Assembly (NCBI GenBank): GCA_951406725.2
Contig: OX597825.1
Location: 20,708,001 to 20,772,000, forward strand
DNA length: 64,000 nucleotides
Source: Octopus vulgaris
Lineage: Eukaryota
Reading direction: 5' to 3'
This document shows, one piece after another, positions 57,029-64,000 of the stretch. Under the pieces are notes generated by a model that saw only the letters and a list, made by a program, of their open reading frames with translations, ran no database searches and had not been told where the DNA came from. Positions within the stretch are counted from its first letter, which is position 1; each line of letters starts with the position of its first letter. The translations under genes were made by a program, and so were the position numbers.

Positions 57029-57720
57029 CTGAAGTTATCTGAGTCTGCGTGGCAGGTTTGGTAGCCTTCAACTAACACTATCTCCTCCGAGACCCTGCGG
57101 CGCAAGTTGAGCAAAATTGAGAGTATGATAGAAGAAGGCTTGCTCTTCCTTCCGTAGAAGAAAAAATTCAAATCGGACCATGTTAACACCAAAGATTATT
57201 TACATCAAAAAGGTGCTTTTTTCTATGAAAATCCCTATTTTTTACGATTTTTTTTACTGCTGTGTCGTCGTTTTTCAGTGTATTTCAACCAGGAAGATAT
57301 TCACTTAAAGAGAATAACAAGCTACATAATGCAGCATTTTTACTTTTCAAAAATTCCAATTCAAAAGAGTCGAAACAAACTCGAGCAGCGCCGGGCTATA
57401 CTACTAGTATCTAATAAATACGAGGAATATATAGGTTAAGTAGGGGATACGTTATTAATCCTTCTTAATGAAGACTAAACTTCGGCGTATTTATATCAGT
57501 TGTGGTAAAATAAGATTAGATTGATAATTGTAACGAGTTGAAACGTCAAAAGTTATCTCCCCTACTTTCTAAATTTATCAGAAAACATTATTTTACTTCG
57601 TTTTTGCATCTGGTTTGTAAGATTCTGTATATGAATCCGTGTGTTGAAGCAAACTAAGGTATTTTTCCGATGCTGTTGTTGTTGTTATTATTACTATTAT
57701 TATTATTATTATTATTACTA

Positions 57721-57751
<31 letters not shown>

Positions 57752-57763
57752 TATTATTATTAC

Positions 57764-57810
<47 letters not shown>

Positions 57811-59319
57811 TCAATAAAATAAGTACCAGTGAAACACGGGGAGGGGGGGTGATGTAATCGACTAAGCTCCTCCTCTAAAATTTCAGACATTGTGCCTTTA
57901 GTAGAAAGTATCATCATCATCATCAGCATAATCATCATCATCATCATAATCATCATCATCATAATTATCATCATCGTCATCATCATCATCATCATAATCA
58001 TCGTCATCATCATCGCCGTCGTCATCATCGTCATCATCATCATCATCGTCATAATCATCGTCATCATCATCGCCGTCGTCATCATCGTCATCATCATCAT
58101 CATCATCGTCATAATCATCATCATCATCATGTTCATCATCATCAGCATCATCATCATAATCATCATCATCATCATCATCATCATGTTCATCATCATCAGC
58201 ATCATCATCATAATCATCATCATCACGGTGTGTAGAGCTGATAGAATCATAAGCACACTAGGCAAAATGCTTAGCAGCATTCTATCCGTCTTTATGGCAG
58301 CGACGGTAGTGGTGTTAATGTGTGTGTGTGTGTGTGTGTGTGTGTATGCACGCATGTGTGTATGTGTGCACACGTGTGCATGTGTGAGCACATATGCATG
58401 TGTGTGTGTGCACATGAGTGTGTTGTGTGTGTGCAAGCATGCACGCACGCATGTGTGTGTATGTATGTGTTTGCGCGTATGCTTGTGTGTGCACACGTGT
58501 GTGTGTGTGCAAGCATGCACGCACGCATGTGTGTGTATGTATGTGTTTGCGCGTATGCTTGTGTGTGCACACGTGTGTGTGTGTGCATGCATGCACGCAC
58601 GCATGTGTGTGTATGTATGTGTTTGCGCGTATGCTTGTGTGTGCACACGTGTGTGTGTGTGCAAGCATGCACGCACGCATGTGTGTGTATGTATGTGTTT
58701 GCGCGTATGCTTGTGTGTGCACACGTGTGTGTGTGGCATGCACATGTGTGTGTATGTATGTGTTTGCATGTGTGTGTGCACACGTGTGTGTGTGTGCACA
58801 TATGCATGTGTGTGTGTGCACATGAGTGTGTTGTGTGTGTGTGTATGTGCATGCACGGATGTGTGTGCATGCACGTGTGTGTGTGTGTGTGTGTGTGTGC
58901 ATGCATGCACGCACGCATGTGTATGTATGTATGTGTTTGCGCGTATGCTTGTGTGCGCAAACGTGTGTGTGTGTGCATGCATGCACGTGCTTTGGTGTAT
59001 AAATAGTAGAAAGGGGGAAAAAAAACTTGCTCAATACAAGTATCTGAGTTTATTTCCTCCCACAAAACAATGGCCGTTTCCATTCTGTTTCACCAAAAAC
59101 GAATTTTTTTAGAGAAAGAAGATATTTTGTTACCTTAACACTATCTTTTGAATATCCTGTAAAGGAATCTTCCTTTTAACTATTTCGATTATAGCCCCTT
59201 TATGTGGTCCTTTCTTCACTTTTTCTCGCCCAATCAGATACAAGTGTCTTCCTGTCAAAATCAGATCTCTTTTCATCGGCTGTAATAGTAAACAAGATTA
59301 TCTAATTAATCATCACCGC

Positions 59320-59355
<36 letters not shown>

Positions 59356-62300
59356 TATCATCATCATCATCATCATCATCGTTATCATCATCATGGTGGA
59401 ATGACCCACTTAGCAACAAAGCTCTATGCCCCGTAGTGGAGGCCCAGACATGAGGAGTTGAACATGGGATGGATTATAATACACCACATGTTACACACAG
59501 GCTACAACAACAAGAGTAGCAACAAGATTTTTAAGTCCATTTTTCCTGTTAAAGGTTTTATCAAAGCCAAAACAGAGTTCTTCTAATAACGATGGTCAAT
59601 TAAAATGATTAGAGTCTTTAGCTCTGAGACTTAGTGTAGGAATAGCACTTACTAGCCTTTTTTCAAGCTGTTCTGAGGAATTGAACTCAACATTACCAGT
59701 CAATAAAACACTTGTTAATTACATAGTGCTCCTGTGGTCTCATATGCCTAATTACATCAGCTGAGCAAGCAAGAATTAAGTGCCTTGACTGTGGGCACAA
59801 CATAATGGTAACAGTATGTGAACACTCAGCATCTATACACTGTGTCAACCTATCCAGTCAGCATTGACACAATATGTCAAAATATTCTGTCAGCAACAAC
59901 ACACTGTCATTCTATCCAGTCAACATCTACATACTGTGTCAATCCATCTAGTAAGTATATATTTATTGTGTCAATCTGTCCATACCTTGTGAACAAACAG
60001 CATCTATACACTGTGTCAATCTATCCAGCCAACAGCTTTACATTGTGTCAATCCATCAAGTCAACTTCTACACAATACGTCAAACGATCCAGTCGACATC
60101 TAACAATATGTTAATCTATCGAGTCGACATCTACACAATATGTCAATCTATCCAGTTGACATGTCTAACTCATCATCATCAACATCATCATTTAACATCC
60201 GTTTTCCACGTTGGCATGGGTTGGACGGTTTGACTGGGGTCCGGCAAGCCAAGAGGCGGCACTAAGCTCCAATCTGATCTAGCAATGTTTCTACAGCTGG
60301 ATTCCCTTCCTAATGCCAACCACTGTGAGAGTGTATTGGATGCTTTTTACGTGCCACCGATACAGGAGCCAGATGGGGCAAGGGGCCTAGCATCGACCAC
60401 GTTTGGATGGTGCTTTTTACGTGCTGGTCAGATGGCACTGACATCAGCCACATTTGGATGGTTTCTTTTTACATGCCACACAATATATTGACTTATCTGG
60501 TCAACGTGTATACATTGTGTCAATGTATCCAGTCAACATCTACACATCATGTCAATCAGTCCAGTCAAAATCTGTATATTATGTCAGTCAATTCTGTCCA
60601 CAACTACGTACTGTATTGACCTATCAAGTATACATTTATACATTGGCTGAAACGTCTTTGACCATAGGTCATCTGAGTCAGGACTAATCTAGAACTAAAT
60701 GACAATAACAACAATATAAGAGTGGGTACTGAAAAGCTATCTAATAACATAAGGCCAAGTTCTTCAACACTTTACTGCAAAAAATCAGGGAAATCACCTT
60801 AATTTAGACAAATATTTCCATGCAATAGAAGTCATTTGTTGCCTTACCTTAAATCTTCGGTCAAATTTAGTCACAGTCTCAGCAAATTCTATCCGTTCTT
60901 TCTTTTCAACTAAAGCTAGCAGTGCTGGTTTCTGATCCAGGCCAATGTAGTCACCCACAAAGTTACGGTTGAGGCTGTGGGTTCGACGCTCTTTCTTATT
61001 CAAGAATATATCAGAGGCTGTTAGTAATAGCAAGGAAAATAATAATAATAATATTAATAATAATTATTTCTTATTTCTTTACTGCCCACAAGGGGCTGCA
61101 CACAGAGGGGACAAACAAGAACAGACAAACGGATTAAGCTGATTTTATTAATCCCAGTGCTTAACTGGTACTTATTTAATCGACCCCGAAAAGATGAAAG
61201 GCAAAGTCGACCTCAGTGGAATTTGAACTCAGAACGTAGTGGCAGATGAAATACTTATTTCTTTATTACCCACAAGGGGCTAAACACAGAGGGGGACAAA
61301 CAAGGACAGACATAGGTATTAAGTCGATTACATCGACCCCAGTGTGTAACTGGTACTTAATTTATCGACCCCGAAAGGATGAAAGGCAAAGTCGACCTCG
61401 ACGGAATTTGATCTCAGAACGTAACGACGGACGAAATACGGCTACGCATTTCGCCCAGCGTGCTAACGTTTCTGCCAGCTCGCCGCCTTTATTAATAATT
61501 ATTTCTTCTATTGGTCATTAGGGCCTAAGATGTGAAGGACAATATCAAAAGACAAGATACAACACACAAAACAGGTGGGGTTTACATCGATCGACGCAAG
61601 ATTGTTGTCTTGTAAAAAGCAGCCTTATTGGGCACAGAGCACATCTTAAGGAAAGTGTCATCTGTCTGAGGTCCTTGTTGTGACTTGACAGATGACTAAA
61701 GACTCCGGTGCATTTTTACCTCCACTCAGTTACGAAGAAATAATAATAATAATCGTTTCTACTACAAGCACCAAGACTGAAATTGTGGTGGGGAGGGGTG
61801 AGGGTAAGTCGATTGCATCAACCCCAGTGCATAACTGGTATTTATTTCATTGACCCCCTGAAAGGATAAAAAGCAAAGTTAATGGTAATAGTAATGGTTT
61901 CAAATATTTCTGACTATTTTTAAATATTTGAACCCTTTTTAAAAAATGTTTAATTATTTAATTGTTTAACCATTGTTTTTTAATCAGGGAAGGAAGGTTG
62001 ACACCCGTAGCCTTTATTTTCTTATTTTTAATGGTCCCCAAGTCAGATGACAGCAAGAGAGAAAGTCATCTGCAAACCACCACCACTATCACCATCATCA
62101 TCATCTTCATCATTACACAACACACAGAGCAAGCACAACCTATACCACCACCCACAACTTAAACACACTCCTGTACCACATTGTGTAGCAACTTCACTCC
62201 ATGACCATACACCACCACCACCAACACAAAGGACAATGACAACTACAACAGCAACAACAACAATATGTAGATATACCTTCTAATCTTTGCTTGTAGTATT

Positions 62301-62391
62301 GGTTTTTAGCATAATATTTACGGAAAGCCTTCTGGATAACTCTAGCATATTTGTCAAACTTTCTCTCCCGGACTTCTTCCAATAAGAACAA
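39253..62391 (-). CDS. MYO1E: Unconventional long-tailed myosin-I (myosin Ie/If-like), 3' part: 9 coding exons 62277-62391, 60848-61017, 59134-59279, 56271-56420, 52561-52709, 47321-47464, 45606-45732, 43002-43180, 39253-39329; gene continues beyond window end
   Basis: Exons join in frame through GT-AG introns to give [23 protein letters not shown]...[12 protein letters not shown]...DYIGLD...PMKRDLILT...QDDMFV...ESVFKTE...VSIGPGLP...[19 protein letters not shown]...[25 protein letters not shown], collinear with the metazoan MYO1E tail (IQ, TH1, TH2, SH3). Confidence 0.95.
39830..40260 (-). mobile_element. Penelope-like GIY-YIG relic in the last MYO1E intron
   Basis: CNC...[19 protein letters not shown]...[13 protein letters not shown]. 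Confidence 0.7.
41740..42595. mobile_element. Fold-back element with ~280-bp inverted arms in the last MYO1E intron
   Basis: 41740-42022 is the near reverse complement of ~42310-42595. Confidence 0.9.
43002..43180 (-). CDS. MYO1E: MYO1E exon (Pro-rich + SH3 N-half), 179 bp (176 with the alternative acceptor)
   Basis: tatag|CAG acceptor, GAAG|gtaagt donor; [47 protein letters not shown]. Confidence 0.93.
43209..43915. mobile_element. piggyBac-type MITE interrupted by SINE D
   Basis: TTAA|ctctttagcat ... atgttaaagga|TTAA. Confidence 0.55.
44040..44083 (-). ncRNA. Minimal hammerhead ribozyme motif (Penelope pLTR-type)
   Basis: acac-CTGATGA-aagctg...cagcc-GAAA-cgtt-gtgt on minus strand. Confidence 0.7.
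44680..45390. repeat. Complex CA/CATA-derived repeat
   Basis: Recurrent catgcacatttacacac units. Confidence 0.9.
45606..45732 (-). CDS. MYO1E: MYO1E exon (TH2 linker), 127 bp
   Basis: tttcag|GC, AA|gtaggt; open frame [19 protein letters not shown]...EEIQ; supplies the phase 1->2 switch needed to reach the SH3 exon. Confidence 0.75.
47321..47464 (-). CDS. MYO1E: MYO1E exon (Pro-rich TH2), 144 bp
   Basis: aacaag|GA, G|gttagt; RPNMEV...[28 protein letters not shown]; phase matches neighbours. Confidence 0.82.
48570..49800. repeat. Complex (CATT)n-derived satellite
   Basis: Recurrent ttcattcatttcttcattcactcatt units. Confidence 0.95.
52190..52550. repeat. GA/GACA-derived higher-order repeat next to the MYO1E donor at 52560
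   Basis: Recurrent cagagaatgagtgagggagagaga. Confidence 0.85.
52561..52709 (-). CDS. MYO1E: MYO1E exon (TH1 end), 149 bp
   Basis: ttgcag|G, A|gtaaga; [13 protein letters not shown]...VEFHQGVG...[13 protein letters not shown]. Confidence 0.92.
52767..53330 (+). mobile_element. CR1-clade LINE 3' fragment; its 3' tip recurs inverted at 22274-22310
   Basis: [10 protein letters not shown]..., [16 protein letters not shown]; 3' UTR ending gtggtgcacctgagcactgtatacaataa. Confidence 0.85.
54100..54470 (+). mobile_element. mariner (Mos1/Hsmar-like) transposase N-terminal relic
   Basis: RNINAVYG...QWWFQK...LEDEP...TVEELAEKL...STIH...GQWVPHEL. Confidence 0.85.
54494..55130 (+). mobile_element. Non-autonomous Helitron
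   Basis: A|TCtatatatataaa 5' end; cccgagcaacgccggg hairpin + CTAG|T 3' end. Confidence 0.85.
56271..56420 (-). CDS. MYO1E: MYO1E exon (TH1), 150 bp
   Basis: tttcag|T, AA|gttagt; [36 protein letters not shown]. Confidence 0.93.
56993..57407 (+). mobile_element. Second non-autonomous Helitron
   Basis: TC..(TA)n-taaa 5' end; ctcgagcagcgccggg + CTAG|T 3' end. Confidence 0.75.
58320..58990. repeat. Higher-order TG/GCAT minisatellite
   Basis: Repeated gcatgcacgcacgcatgtgtgtgtatgtatgtgtttgcgcgtatgcttgtgtgtgcacacgt. Confidence 0.9.
59134..59279 (-). CDS. MYO1E: MYO1E exon (TH1), 146 bp; not in the ORF track
   Basis: ttacag|CCG, TTAAG|gtaaca; [48 protein letters not shown]. Confidence 0.93.
59830..60645. 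repeat. Degenerate ~32-bp minisatellite split by SINE D
   Basis: Consensus tgtcaatctatccagtcaacatctacacaata. Confidence 0.8.
60848..61017 (-). CDS. MYO1E: MYO1E exon (TH1 start), 170 bp
   Basis: taacag|CC, AAG|gtaagg; [26 protein letters not shown]...TKFDRRFK. Confidence 0.95.
61520..61745 (+). mobile_element. R4-like 3' end fragment with (TAA)n tail
   Basis: [17 protein letters not shown] then short UTR and aataataat. Confidence 0.65.
62277..62391 (-). CDS. MYO1E: MYO1E exon (end of motor domain / IQ motif), 115 bp
   Basis: tttcag|TTG acceptor, GAAG|gtatat donor; [26 protein letters not shown]. Confidence 0.95.
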
Positions 62392-63299
62392 CTGAAATAA
62401 AGAAAAGACAACTCTTCAACACAGGCATTATTCTTTTATAATTCTCTAATAATACATTATGTCTTTAATACACTACAGATTATTTGTCTGGTTTGGTATT
62501 ACTATTATAATTTAGAAAATGGCAATTTATTTGATATGGTAGGCAATAAAAAACGTTCTTCAAACAATTTTCTTTTATTGCTTGAAATAATTATTTTGTA
62601 TTTACGGAGATGTACTTGCATAGCAAGTGACCTGATCTGAGATCGTGTGCTGGAAGGAAAACAATTGCAGCATTGAAGGTGACAAATTATATTTAAATGT
62701 CGAAGTGAATCTAACTGATTTTGCGTGTTTCTTAAATGGCTTATAAACACCTTCCACGCTGCAATTGTTTAATTATTTTGTAATTTTTTTAATAATTTTT
62801 AAATAATATTAAACAATAGACGCAGGCATAGCTGTGTGGTAAAAAGCTTGCTTTGCTTCCAAACCATGTGGTCTTGGGTTCAGTCCCACTGCACAGCACC
62901 TTGGGCAAATACCTTCAACTACAGTCCCATGCTGATTAAAGCGTGAATGGATTTGGTAGAAGGAAACCAACATAAATCTATTGTGTGTGTGTATGCATAT
63001 ATCATCATCATCATTTAACGTCCGCTTTCCATGCTAGCATGGGTTGAACGGTTCGACTGGGGTCTGGGAAGCCAGGAGGCTGCACCAGGCCCAGTTTGAT
63101 CTGGCAGTGTTTCTACAGCTTGATGCCCTTCCTAATGCCAAACACTCCGTGAGTGTGGTGGGTGCTTTTTACGTGCCAGACGAGGCTGGCAACGGCTATG
63201 ATCGGTTGGTGCTTTTTACATGCCACCGGCACGGAGGCCAATCAAGGCGGTGCTGGCATATATATATACATATACATACATACATACATATATATATAT

Positions 63300-63790
63300 A
63301 GAATGTATGTCTGTTCTTCAATTCGGCTAGGGAATTCACCCTCAGCAGTTTCAGCCAAACTGATATCACCATTCCCATAAAATGGTACTTTACATTTCCT
63401 AATTGGAGGAGCCAGGTTGTAAACTGTTTTGCACATTGGTCCCCATGTAATAAAGCTCCCACATTAGTATTGAAGAAGAATTTCAGTACTTTATTCCATA
63501 GGTGTGAAGACTCAATGCATGCTTTTATTTCATCAGATCTTGTTTGTCTCAGAATGACTGGTAATGTCTGTCTGAAGTCTCCTGATAAAACTAATGCAAC
63601 TCCTTCCATATATGTATTGTTGCCTCTGATGTCCTTTAAGGTCTTACCAAGACCTTCCATTGCACCTCTATGTGACACAATGCAGTCATCCCAAATAATA
63701 AGGTGGCATTGGCACAACACTTCTGGTGAACCTGAATCTTTGCTTATGTTACAAATTGGACTATCACTTGCGACTAGGTTTAGTGTTTGA
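63300..63790 (-). mobile_element. Helitron Rep/Hel PIF1-helicase relic
   Basis: LIIWDDC..SHR.A.E.L..TLKDIR.N...LVLSGDFRQTLPVI...EIKACI.SS.LW. Confidence 0.88.
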
Positions 63791-64000
63791 TAATGGTGAA
63801 TTATCTATTTTGTAACAGGCTGAGATTATCTTATTTATATCGTGATTATTCTCCCAAGTAGAATTTATAATCCACGTCAGTTGGTCACCAGTTTATAACG
63901 TTGTGTTGGATTATCAGGTTTAAAATGTTTTTGACTTAGTGTGGATATAATTTATGATGAGTTCTAACTTGGAAAAGATAAGAAATATAAATGTTTATTG

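Noticed and set aside
62392-64000. Further upstream MYO1E motor-domain exon
   Set aside because: No matching peptide (expected ...K.FIK.PES) found; it must lie beyond the window

Overview
Repeat-saturated, AT-rich eukaryotic DNA; the SINE/LINE repertoire and microsatellite load point to an octopus (coleoid cephalopod) genome (inference). Two host genes lie on the minus strand. (i) The 3' nine exons of a long-tailed class I myosin (MYO1E/F type: IQ, TH1, Pro-rich TH2, SH3; 62391->39253, all GT-AG, phases consistent; 5' part outside the window). (ii) An intronless FAF1-derived UAS/coiled-coil/UBX gene (20215->19157) with a perfect CRE upstream. The rest is mobile DNA: several R4/Dong-like RLE retrotransposon families sitting in (TAA)n tracts, RTE, CR1 and Penelope fragments, four SINE families, mariner/Tc1 relics, Helitrons, piggyBac- and Tigger-type MITEs and fold-back elements. 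Highlights: eight minimal hammerhead-ribozyme motifs (five in one family of ~200-bp elements), an 11x69-bp array inside a Tigger-like MITE, and an 18-bp reiteration of RT-coding sequence at a retrotransposon 5' truncation junction. Most ORFs in the supplied track are microsatellite artefacts. All homology calls are from recalled family motifs, not database searches.
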